This document shows, piece by piece, positions 49,349 to 61,678 of a DNA stretch of 64,000 bases (positions are counted from its first letter, which is position 1; each line of letters begins with the position of its first letter). The stretch lies in assembly GCA_965645245.1 (NCBI GenBank), contig OZ287069.1, positions 2,294,001 to 2,358,000 on the forward strand, written 5' to 3'. A program made the position numbers and the translations under genes. This stretch comes from Massalongia carnosa (Eukaryota). A model generated the notes under the pieces. It was not told the origin of the DNA. It did not search any database and saw only the letters and a list, made by a program, of their open reading frames with translations.

Positions 49349-52300
49349 ATGGCATCGCCCAATGACTCGACGGTTCAGGAGGTCCATCTTTTGACATTGA
49401 CTGATAGTGGAGCTCCAGATGTTCCCGGGGGCTACATCTACCTGCCACCTCCATCCGATCCCCCGTATATCGTCCGCTTTGCATTTGAGGGCACAAGCTC
49501 GATATGTCGGGAAGGAAGTCTTTGGGTTAACGTACCTGCATACGGAGAAAGTTTCCAAAGAAGTCGTTTCAGGGAGTATAAGTGGGTGCTCCGTCTATCA
49601 GAAATCCTTTAGATTCTGATACCACGGAATTTAAGGCTTCGCCCGGATTTTAACCAGACTCTGAAAATCGACATCCCAATATTTCTGGCAGGTGCTTTTG
49701 CTTATTACACTACATTCACACCTCTTCCACCCTTTTCAACGGCAGAAATCTCCATTCCCGCACCTACAAGGACACCCACATACTATCTTGACGTATCCCC
49801 TAAACTGGTCCTGAACGGAACTCATCTTCCACTCGATGCTGTATCTATATTTTCAGTTGTATCGAAATTCATGGGGCGATACCCAAAGGACTGGGAAAGA
49901 CATCTCCAGGGCATTGGAGCACGAGATTACAACATTATTCACTTTACACCCTTAATGGAAAGAGGAGACTCGGATTCGCCGTACAGCATATGCGACCAAC
50001 TGAAATTCGACCCTGTCTGTTTCCCTAATGGTGAAATCGATGTTACATCGTTGATAGAGAACATGGAAAAGAACTACGGATTACTCGGCTTAACAGATGT
50101 CGTCTGGAATCACACAGCAAATAACAGTAAATGGCTGGAGGAACATCCGGAGGCTGGGTACAGCGTTCAAACTGCACCATGGCTTCAATCCGCTCTAGAG
50201 CTCGAGGATGCTCTTTTGGAATTTGGCAGGGATCTCCAATCTCATAAGCTTCCCACAGTCCTTCACAATACTGAAGATTTATGTCGAGTGATGGAGGGGG
50301 TCAAAACTCATGTCATGAGCAAGCTAGATCTCTGGGAGTATTACGTGGTCAACGTAGAACGAGACGCTCATGCGGCTGTGCGTGCTTGGTCAGAGGGCAA
50401 TATTATTTTCCCGGATGGTGGCTTCAAAGGCTCTGGCGTCGGTGGGTTGGAGGGGGTCAGAGATTGGTCGCCGAAACGGATGGCGGACTTTCTTCGGGAG
50501 GGTGGCTTATTGGGGGCATCCGAACTTGGTCCAAGATTTCACCGCCAAGTTAATCCTAGTGCTGCGGCTGCTTTGTTGACGATTTTACATGGTCGTTACG
50601 GTTCGGAGAATGAGGGCCAAAATGGAGACGCCCCCCTGAAGACAATGATACAGATCCTTGATCAGATCAACATACCATTTTATCAGGAGTTTGATTCCGA
50701 TGTTACCACAATAATACAACAGATCTCGGATCGGGTTAAATACCTTCGTTTAGATGATCATGGACCGAAGCTTGGTGAAATAAATGCAACAAACCCATTC
50801 ATCGAGTCATACTTTACCAGGCTTCCGACGAATTCAACAACCCAGAAACACAAGCCTACCAGCTTAGCCTTGGTGAACAATGGATGGATATGGGCTGCTG
50901 ATGCAATGAAGGATCATGCTGGGTCTTGTTCTCGGGCTTATCTTCGCCGCGAAGTAATTGTTTGGTCTGATTGTGTTAAACTCCGCTATGGAAATTCGCC
51001 CAAAGATAATCCCTTCCTGTGGGACTTCATGGCAAGGTACACACGGCTAATGGCAAAATTTTTTGTTGGCTTTCGAATAGATAACTGCCATTCTACGCCA
51101 CTGGTCGTTGCGGAGTATCTTCTCGATCACGCACGAGAGGTCAGACCTAATTTGGCAGTGTACGCAGAACTCTTTACCGGCTCGGAGGAGATGGATTACG
51201 TATTTGTCAAGAGACTTGGTATAAGTGCGTTAGTCAGGGAGGCTATGCAAGCTTGGAGCACTGGTGAGATGAGCAGACTGGTGCATATGCACGGTGGGAG
51301 GCCTATCGGTAGTTTCGAGATAGACGAAGTATCAGGCAACAAAAAAGCTCCTGGCATGTCTCCGAAGGCCAATGGGGCCGATGGCTTCAGCCCACCAAAA
51401 TCTGAGTTTGTTCACAGAATAAAACAAAATTCTGTCCATGCGCTCTTCGTTGACTGCACACATGATAATGAACTTCCTGCGCAGAAGCGTGACGCCCGGG
51501 ATACTCTTCCCAATAGCACACTGGTTAACATGTGTGCCTGTGCCACCGGAAGCGTGATGGGATATGATGAGATCTATCCTAAATATGTCGACATTGTTCA
51601 GGAGCGACGTCTTTATTCATCACCATACTCAGGCCAAAGTGAGAAGCAACTTGAGTGTAAGATTGGTCCTGGGGGCATTGGTGGGATTAAGAAACTGCTC
51701 AATCAAGTTCATACTATGATGGGACAAAAGGGATATAACGAAACCCACGTTCATCATGAAAACGAGTATGTCACGGTGCACCGGGTACATCCCAAATCAC
51801 GAAAGGGGTTCTTTGCAATCGCACATACAGCCTTTCCAGGTCATGGTAATGGTAATGGTAATGGAGGGTTAGCACCGGTGCATTTGGCAGGAACCAAGGC
51901 TAAATTGCTTGGAAGTTGGATGCTGCAAGTGGACGTAGATGAATCAACGAAAAAGTTTGTTATGGCTGACCAAAAATTCCTGAAAGGATTACCTAGTAAT
52001 GTCTCCGAATTGTCTGGCGTTGAGCAGCACTCGTCTGAACACGAAATAATGATCAATATACCAGAATATTTCCCCCCTGGTAGCATAGCTTTGTTTGGAA
52101 CCTGGATCCCTGGGGCTGAACATTCAGAAGGTCTTGACAAGTTTGTTAGCAGTGGTGCCGCTGAAGCTTTTGGGCAACTGAGCCTAATCGATCTCAACTT
52201 TGTACTTTATCGATGTGAGCCCGAAGAACGAGATTCCAGCGGTGGTAGTGACGGTGTTTACAATATTCCAAACCATGGCGCGTTAGTGTACGCAGGTCTT

Positions 52301-54148
52301 CAAGGGTGGTGGAGCGTTCTCAAGGACGTTATCCGGAAGAATGATTTAGGGCATCCTATCTGCAACCATCTACGGGATGGTCAATGGGCTCTAGATTATG
52401 TATCAGGAAGACTTGAGCGAGTTTCGAAACGCGAAAGGCGTTCCTCTCTACATAGGCCTGCCCAATGGTTCAAAGAACGCTTTAGTGCAATTCGGAAATT
52501 GCCAAATTTCCTATTGCCACGCTACTTTGCGTTAGCCATCCAAACGGCATATCAAGCTTCTTGGCAACGTGCCTTGGAGCTGATGAACGATGATATACGG
52601 CATGGACCAGAATTTTTGCAAAGCTTGGCGATGGTGAGTATCCAGCAAACGGGGTATATGAGATCGGTATCTTTATACCCTTTTAAGAGCGTTCCAACCC
52701 TTGCAGCAGGCTTACCACACTTCTCAGCTAGCTGGGCTCGATGTTGGGGAAGGGATATATTTATTTCGCTCCGAGGATTGTTCCTCGCGACTGGCCGATA
52801 TGATGAGGCAAAGCAGCATATTCTCGCTTTTGCCAGTGTGCTAAAACATGGAATGATCCCTAATCTGTTAAGTGACGGAAAACTCCCACGTTACAACTCC
52901 AGAGATTCAGTATGGTTTTTTCTTCAGAATATTCAAGATTATGTCAAAATGGCACCTGATGGTAAATCGCTTCTCCGTGAAAACGTTGCAAGACGATTCC
53001 TCCCATATGATGACACAGACTTTGAGTTTGACGACCCCCGAGCCTACTCTTGTAAATCGACGATAGAAGAAATCATCCATGAAGCACTCCAAAGGCATGC
53101 TAGCGGACTTTCTTTTCGTGAGGCAAATGCTGGTCCAGGTTTGGACATGCAAATGAAGCCTGAAGGGTTTCAAATTGATATCAAAGTTGATTGGAGTACG
53201 GGATTTATCTTCGGAGGTAATCAATTTAACTGTGGAACATGGATGGATAAGATGGGCGAGAGTGAGAAAGCGGGGAGTAAGGGCATTCCAGGAACTCCAC
53301 GAGATGGTGCTGCGATAGAAATCACCGGCCTAGCTTATAGCACGCTTGTCTGGGTCGCTCAACTCCACAATGATGGCCTTTTTCCGCACCGTGGGGTCAA
53401 GACAGGAGGTGGACAGAACATATCTTACCATGATTGGGCATCCCGAATTAAAAGCAACTTTGAGCGCTGTTACTATGTTCCTTTGGATCCGAAAGAGGAT
53501 GAGCATTACGACGTCAATCCAGCTATCATTAACCGAAGAGGAATCTACAAAGATCTCTACAAGTCTGGGAAAGAATATGAAGATTACCAACTTCGACCTA
53601 ACTTCCCCATAGCAATGACCGTGGCTCCTCAAATTTTTAGTCCTGACAAAGCATTACACGCGCTTGAGCTGGCAGATTCAATTTTACGGGGCCCTACCGG
53701 GATGGCTACCCTCGATCCATCCGATCTTAAGTATCGCCCTTATTATAATAATTCCGAAGATTCCACCGACTTCGCAACCTCCAAGGGTCGTAACTACCAC
53801 CAAGGTCCAGAGTGGTTGTGGCCCACGGGCTTCTTCTTGCGTGCGTTGCTAAAATTTGATCTGGTGCGACGAGATACGAAGGAAGCCCGAATAGAAGCTT
53901 TTCAGCAGATAACGAGACGCCTTGAGGGCTGCAAAAAGGCTATTAGGGAGTCGCCATGGGCTGGACTAACGGAATTAACGAACAAAAATGGAGAGTTTTG
54001 TGGTGACTCGGTAAGCTCTTGGAGTTTCGTTTAAACCATAGGAGATTAGAATGCAGCTAATACCATTTCACAGTCGCCTACCCAAGCGTGGTCAGCAGGG
54101 TGCTTGATAGATTTATTCATCGACGCAAAAGAGTTGTCTATAGAGTGA
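49349..54148 (+). CDS. GDB1: Glycogen debranching enzyme (4-alpha-glucanotransferase / amylo-1,6-glucosidase)
   Basis: Exons 49349-49581, 49636-54010, 54074-54148; motifs DVVWNHTA, GFRIDNCHSTP, AELFTG, DCTHDNE, WGRD, TWMDKMG, YHQGPEW, SPTQAWS. Confidence 0.98.
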
Positions 54149-54469
54149 TGAGTGGCCTACCATTGGTCCTGTACATATACAACCTGAGAAATCATCAATC
54201 CTAGAGATGTAGCGGCCCTGAAAACTTCATCAATCTCCCTTCGAGCAAACATAGATACCAAATGAAATACAAGATTATCTCGTTCTTGGTTTTCTGCTCT
54301 TTCTAGGATTTGAAGCCGCTTTCTCTATACAGAGAAATCTTATAGGCCATTGGAAAACTACTATCTTACCCCTTTACTTCGTAACATATTTGATCAGGAT
54401 TGGTTATTCCGCGTGGTATATGTGAAGGAATCTTAAGGGCATTTTACAGTTCATCATGATCCTAGGATG

Positions 54470-55833
54470 CGACACACCGTATTTTACCTCTCTAGGTCGA
54501 CCTTTTCAATGTCTTCGCGCTGTAACTCGTTTAGGTTCAGAAATAACGCAACTTACGTCCATCATTTTCACCAAATCCAAAGGTTTAGATCAAGGCAGCT
54601 TCACCATATCAAGAAAGCAAAACCACTCGTACTTCTAATAGCTAACCATATCCCAGAAAAATATCAGGAATCCTGCCGCATCGATTTGTCGCCCCATTGG
54701 CCGTAGGCAGTAACAACTCATGACGCTCTACCCTTCCCATGCCCACCTCGAAACTAAAAGATACATATAGATCAATCATCATATCCTTGTCCCATCATTC
54801 TCATCTTAGCCTCCTACAAATTTTCTCATAATTTGCCTTTGCGACATTTTTTGATTTACCTTTTCATCGCTTGCTTCGACCCCCATCTCGTCTTTTGTGG
54901 GCATCTTACCGATTTTTAACTTTCTTCTTTCAACACAACTATCCCGTAATACCACTTTCATAACGGAGAGGTCACCCTTCTATCAATCTCGAAGAAACCG
55001 TCCATCGGAGCTACGTTTTGACTATGCTTCTTATCGTGAGAGATTTGCTCCTTCGCTGCAGTTAATTCTCCCTCCTCCAGTCCAACCGATGGTGAACCAG
55101 GAAATAACTCGTCATGGAGGGAAATTAGGACTCGCTCTATCCATGTTTTCTTAACCTCTGCTTGGTATTTTCCACGTAGCTTCAACCACTCCGTGTTCAT
55201 TGTCTTCGGTTTCTCTTTTTTCGGTTCATCTCCGTAGAATTTTTCTACCTTCTCCTCCACAACAATATTCATTAAATACTTATCAAACTCGTTCGAGTTC
55301 ATTAGGGAACTAATTTTTGCTCTTTCCATCTCCGTCTCATAGGGACGCCAACTAGCCTGACACGCCATGTACATCTTGGTGTCCTATCGTGCTCGATATT
55401 CCTGTGCCTCTCTACTTGTTATGCCGGATTAGGCATTACAGTCAAAGAGGTGCTTGATGATGTACTTCGCAGAAAACCTCCAAGGAGTTATTTTATCTGC
55501 TCCTAGCTCACGCGGTATTTTCCTTTCGGGTATGAATACGTCCTTACCCCAGGACACGTTTTTGTCGATACGGTGACCCTGCTTCGTGGACTCCTCAAGA
55601 ATTAGTTCTGCTTTTCCGGCTGCAGCCCTTGTATCGGACCCAGAAAGTTGAGGTGAAACTGGCTTTCCCTCTTAGTTTAATACAGTTTTGGCTTTCTTTT
55701 CACCGTTCTCATCTTTCTTGGTCTTTGAGTTAGACTGTGACGCTGAATTACGGATTATTCCATTATTTTGGCCCTCCTCGGAATCGCTCCCCACCGTTGT
55801 GTGTCCCTGATCGAAAGAGAATGAACGGCCCAT
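54470..55833 (-). pseudogene. Degraded hypothetical protein
   Basis: Protein-like frames (55672-55833, 54958-55374) joined through stops, e.g. KHLFDCNA*SGITSREAQEYRAR*DTKMYMAC; boundaries approximate. Confidence 0.4.
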
Positions 55834-56708
55834 TTTTAGGTTTTGATAGGTACCTGAGCCTCCGCTGATGACTATATCAGCCACAGTTTACCAGACGCAC
55901 TACATCTTGGCTAGGGGAACTGGATTGAATATACCTAGACGAGGAATGAATGAAAGCGTCTTATCGTGAAGAGAGATATTCATGCAATATCAGATGTAGG
56001 TTTTGAAAGGCTGAAATGGATTTTCACTATAGCCGGCATAGATGAAACGTAGCGCAAACTGTGAGAGGCCTCGAGACATGAACTAAATTTTTCTAGATGG
56101 GCAAAACCATCGAGTAATCAGCCTTTCGTGCGAAAAACAATCATCCTTATATCTACCTTAGGTGGCATTCCCGAGCGAATCTTAGCCGAATAGCAAGCGA
56201 CGTATGAAGTTTGAAACAGCCATCAGGGGAGATTTACGAGACAAATGATTTAGCTTCCGTACCACCCTCCAGTTGTGGACCCGGTCGTTCGGTCTCAAAT
56301 CATTACATCCCTACATCAAGCTTCAACATGTCTACAACCAAGCTACTAAGGTCTTACTCTCGATATACAGTCGTATTCTTTCTCATTTCTCAATCCGAAA
56401 AAAGCAAAAATAAATAGTCTAAGATTAAAGTATGGAGTAGCGAGTCATTGAAGCTTAATTAACAACTACCAGAAGGAAAAGCCGATCTAAAAGAAGCCCG
56501 GGTTTAAAGGCATGCAAGATACACTATATCAGCTGCAGATTGTAGCATTTCAAGCAGGAAATCAGTGCGCTCAATCGCTTAATATTGGCCTCTAAAAATA
56601 CCATACTAAATCGTTCACAAGAGAGAAACTGCTGGCTCAAGGGTAGCCTCCGTTGCCGTCGTTGGCGGGATGATAGAATCTAAATACCCTAGTCGAATGG
56701 GCGTGCCG

Positions 56709-57054
56709 TCATTTGCATGACGATCCGGTAGCCCCCTTGTCTGGGATCTCCTCCATGACGGCCGACTGAGGCTGCGGCGACTTCTTTCCGGGGAATATTC
56801 GGCGAGGGATTTTGCTAGCCTGCAGGTATTGAATAGCGGGGGATTCTTCGGTACTGGTTAACCACATGCCCTCGTTGCCTGGTTCGGCAGGGTCTTTGCC
56901 GTCCTGAAATGGCCATTTCGTGTTAGCGGTAGCGGACGTGGATCTGTGGCGAGTAAGTTAGTTAGCATCCGAAACCATTGAGACGGGTTCGTTTTATGTG
57001 GAGGACGTACTTCTTTTTCTCGGATGTCTTAGACGGTTCTCCGGCTTGGGACAT
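56709..57054 (-). CDS. Small two-exon hypothetical protein (92 aa)
   Basis: ACCACCATG start at 57054; intron 57010-56944 (GTACGT...CTAAC...CAG); MSQAGEPSKTSEKKKSTSATANTKWPFQDGKDPAEPGNEGMWL...GSSCK*. Confidence 0.65.
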
Positions 57055-59012
57055 GGTGGTTTAGCCAGCGTTCGTGGATATTCAAGGAGTTGGTGGGAAG
57101 GAAAATATAGCCTAAGAGGAAGCTATGGCGGTAAGGAAGATTATGAACTGGTCAAGTTTGAAAGGGCAAGGCATAACAGACAACAGAATATGACGCCTAT
57201 AAATACAAAGCATACCGCAAGCATACCGCAAGCAAACTCTCTATCTATTCTGTGGCAACCGGCCCTTGAAGAGTGAAGGAGACGGCCTCTTCACCTCGGT
57301 AAGAATAAAATAAGAGAGAGTGTGTGTGTGTGTGAGAGAATCATTCACAGAAACACGAAATGAACAAGGGGCTACCAGACAATGATCACCACCACCGGAC
57401 TCCCACCCATGTAGAAAGGTCCTTTGCGGAGCACAGCAGCGCGTGAATTGCGAATCCTGAATAATCACCACCACCAAAGCAAAGTGAAGCAACCTCGCCA
57501 AGCTCAGCTTCAAAACCGCTCTCCCAAAAGAAAAGGAATGATCCCGCTTCAACCAATCAACCTTCCCCCTTCCCCCCCTCAAAATAGCGCGCGATTGAAA
57601 GAAATTCCCGGAGCGGGGAGGGGAAGGCGTTGGAAGCGGAAACTGGAAATATCCCTCCTAGGAAAGAAAAATGAGAAAAGAAATAGAAAATAGGCGAAGT
57701 AGTGGGGAGCGGCAATATTATTCAGTCTGTCCGGGACGGACTAACTGACTGGCTTAGATCTCTCACGTGTTGTGGGTTGGAGGGAGAGTCGATGGCGTGC
57801 GCATCCGCATATCTGTATTCATATATCTGTATTCACTACAATAGGCATACCCCCTCACTTTAAACAATGACCAGGCAAGCACTCACCAACCAACCAACGG
57901 TCCCCAAAAATGCCGCGAGGGGGAGAAATTGGCAACTGACAAATCGATTTGCGATGTAGTAGAGAAAGAAAAGCCTACTCTAAAATCTCGTTTGGGGGAT
58001 TTAAGCCCCCTTTTGGGGGCTTAAGTACACATGTACGCGGGGATGCCTGCCCCCCGCAAAGAAAGGAAAGATTGTGTATGTCATGAAAAAGAAACCCCTC
58101 CCAAGGGAGTAAGAAAACACCCCCAATATTTATTCCGTTTTTCTCTTTCCCGGCTCTAGCGACCGACCCCTACCACCAACTTAAATAACCAAGAGGCAGG
58201 AACTTGACGGGTTTCGGAGGGGGGGGTTGGTTTAAGGGAACTCAAAACTAAACTCAACTAAATCGAGCTATGTAACCTAAAGCTGAGCGTTAAGCTAGGA
58301 AGTGTGGCCCTGGCATTTGATATTTTATTTTAAAATTACCGCTCATCGTGGACTACAGGAAGAGAGAGGGATGATCTTCTTGTTTCGCGAAACGGAGAGG
58401 GAAAGGGGAAGAGAGGAACGGAAGGAGGATTTGGAAAATTTTAAGGGATGAATGAAGAAAATAAGTGAGAAAACGGGTTGGGGAGGGGGACTTCAGAGCC
58501 CGCTTGTGCTCCGTGGGGTCTGTGGCGGCGGTAAGGTCCTCCATATCGGACACCGCCGCGTAGCTGTTGAGCGTGGTTTCCGGAGCCAGGGGGCCGCAGG
58601 GTTGTGGGAAATGGGGCGAGGTCGGACTTGTGAAGGCCGTATGGTGGGATATCGATTTGACCGGCCAGGTAGACTTTGGCTTAGTTACGATAAGCTGGGC
58701 TGCGTACCCATACTTCAGGGTTGCATCGTGACTTGGCTGACTTAGATTATTGCAAATTACTAGTAGTAGGCTCCTACACCTTACTCTTGGAGTTACCCAT
58801 GATCCAGAGTTATGGTGTTAGGTTTGAGGGAGATTTATCGAACGTTGGCGATTCGAAAATGGGTTTCTGAAGAACCTTATACTTAGTGTAAGTGGCTGAG
58901 AAATATATGTATACACAACAGTCAGATTAGGAGTCATTGCCTATCAAATATTGTCAGCCAATTTAGTGGTCAAGCAGTAAGCGATATGTAGCTCGAATAC
59001 GGTAATCTATTA

Positions 59013-61413
59013 ACGTAACTCACTAGACAACGGAACAAACCGTTCAACAGAACTAAGAAATTCCGAAAACATAATTTATTCACCTTCTTAGATGCTGAAG
59101 CCTTCACCTCATACATTTTTCATACAAATCTAGCTATAAACATCATAATTGAACATACTTATCATTTGAAGATTGTTATAATGGGTGTTTGTAAAAAATC
59201 CACCTCACACAAAACCTCCAAGTCCTTCCATCCTTCACCCCCCTCCACATATGAACAACGCGTTCAATCAGCCCTTCCAGCTTAGAAACAAGCTGATGGA
59301 GCTCTTTCCATCACAAAGACAGCTAGTTTATACGCTGTTTCGAAGACTACTCTCTATTCTCGCATTCATGGCCGTCAACCACGATTTATTTCGGATCAAA
59401 TCAAACAACTGTTGACATTCGAGGAGGAGAACGCTTTGAAGAATTGGCTTCTTCAATTGTATACCTGGGGCTGGCCTGCTAAAATCGCTCAGTTACGTCA
59501 GATGGCCATCGAGTTATTAAGAGCTAGGGGAAATCATACTGCATTGGGGTTCAATTGGCAACAGCATTTTTTGAATCGTCATTCCGATTTGCAGGCTAAA
59601 TACAGTCGCACCTTGGATCAAGATCGTTTATTCGCGGAGAATGAAGAGATTTTTCAGCATTGGTTTGACCTCTTTCTTTCTACCAAACAAAAACACGGAA
59701 TTCTCGATGAAGACATTTACAACATGGACGAAAAGGGATTTATGATGGGAGTAGCCGGTAGTGCAAAAGTAGTAATTTCTAAACATGAAAAGCAAGCCTT
59801 TTCAGCACAATCAGGTAACAGAGAATGGGTGTCATTAATTGAGGCCATTGGCACCACCGGTCGAAGTTTACCACTTTTCGTCATTTTTAAAGGGGTTAAC
59901 AAGCAGAAGGCCTGGTACGATGTTTTGAACGACGTCAAAAGTGAAATCGCTACCAGTGAAAATGGATGGACCGACAATGAACTAGGCCTTGATTGGTTGA
60001 AAAATGCTTTGATCCTGCTACTGCAAAATATTTACACGGTGAATATCGACTTCTTGTGGTAGACGGTCATGCTTCCCATATTTCTACCGAATTCATCAAG
60101 TTCTGCAATGAAAAGAAAATCATTTTACTATGTTTACCTCCTCATACAACACATATGCTACAACCTCTAGATGTAAGTGTATTTGGGCCTCTGTCCTGGG
60201 AGTATAAAAAACGACTGGAGGTCGTCACCCGGTTCAACGTCTGCTCGATTGACAAGATAGACTTTTTGAAGATCATTCAAGAGGCAAGAAAGGAAGCAAT
60301 CAGCGAGAAAAACGTACTCACTGCATGGAGAACTACCAGATTAGTACCATTCAATCCGTCATTGGTGCTTCAGAAACTGACTAATAAACAATCGGTGTTG
60401 CGAAAGACTAATAGCATTAACACCATCAGCACCACTACCACTGTCACAAGAAGCTCTAGTGTTGGAATTGATACGGAGATCGCGTCTGCTTCTCATCCTG
60501 GTACTCCGATAACACTTCAGAACTCTCATGAAGCTATTACCGGAGTAGAAGAGACACCTGCAAATATCAATCAAATAAATCAGTTGGTTTGTCGAATTCG
60601 AAAGAATGAAAATTCGGACTCGACACCCGCCCGAGCTTTAAATAAATTGATAAAAGGGGCCAAATATGCCTTTGCCGACTCTACCTTGCTACGAATTACC
60701 AACACCGAACTTCTTCAGGCCAATGTACGGCGGCATCATCGAGCCAATCGTAGCGGGGCTCACTATGGTGGAAAGGCTCGAGTACTGAGCCTTGAAGACG
60801 TACAACAGAGACAGCAATGGGCTAAAAATAAACAGAAAGAGAAGGATGATAAACGAAAGGCCGCACAAATAAAACGCGCCGAGCAGGACCTTATCAAAAC
60901 ATTCAGAGAAATGTGTCGATTTGGGCCTGATTTACTAGGACATACGTCCACTTCATCCCCGACTAAAAGTGGTCAGAAAAGTCCTCAGAAAGCATCTGAT
61001 AGTTCACAAAGAACGCTTATTAGTCCTTTCAAAAGATCATTACTGCCCCCTCCCATGCTTCGACCAATCAGAGAGGCGGAAGAGATAGTAGAAGGGGTGA
61101 AAGAGGTAGAGTTGATGAAGGTGGTGGAAGGGGTGAAAGAGGTAGAGTTGATGAAGGTGGTGGAAGGGGTGAAAGAGTTGGAGGTGGAGGAGGTGAAAAT
61201 GGTTAAAATAACCCGACGGGGTCGCATTGTCCGACCACCAAGCAAAATGTGACTGCTTTATGAGACATGCATGCATATGTAATGTTATTTTTACATGTAA
61301 TAGTCATTGAAGCTAGAATTGTATGTAAATTGGGTGGGAAGAAGGCTTCAAAGACTAAGCGAAATTTAGTTAGTTCCGTTGAACGGTTTGTTCCGTTGTC
61401 TAGTGAGTTACGT
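59013..61413 (+). mobile_element. Fot1/pogo (Tc1-mariner superfamily) DNA transposon, full length
   Basis: 44-bp TIRs ACGTAACTCACTAGACAACGGAACAAACCGTTCAAC[A/G]GAACTAA (1 mismatch); TA TSD at 59011-59012 and 61414-61415. Confidence 0.96.
59181..61252 (+). pseudogene. Fot1-type DD35D transposase, inactivated
   Basis: HTH/CENP-B-like N-terminus, YNMDEKGF, VVDGHASH, HMLQPLD; premature TAG 59283-59285 and frameshift near 60000; C-terminal 36-bp repeats. Confidence 0.93.
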
Positions 61414-61678
61414 TAACCGAATCCCAACATTCCATGAGAGAATTGGGGAAAATCCTTTCAAGGCAAGCAATCATCACCTCAATTCCAAGTGTCTACCGTA
61501 TAATTTCCCATATAAGCCTGGACTTAACTATTAACCCCTTTTCGGCTATAAGCCTGTGTTCTAAAATTGAATTTTCAGAGCGAGGGGGGGTATTGGGCTA
61601 TAAGCTCCTAATTCTTAAGAAGATATAGAGGTACTTAATTTTCCTAGTAATTCTCACTGAATTTGAAGTACCTTCCTA

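Noticed and set aside
58001..58024. Perfect 10-bp hairpin TTAAGCCCCC-TTTT-GGGGGCTTAA
   Set aside because: Isolated and homopolymer-driven; no associated element ends found.
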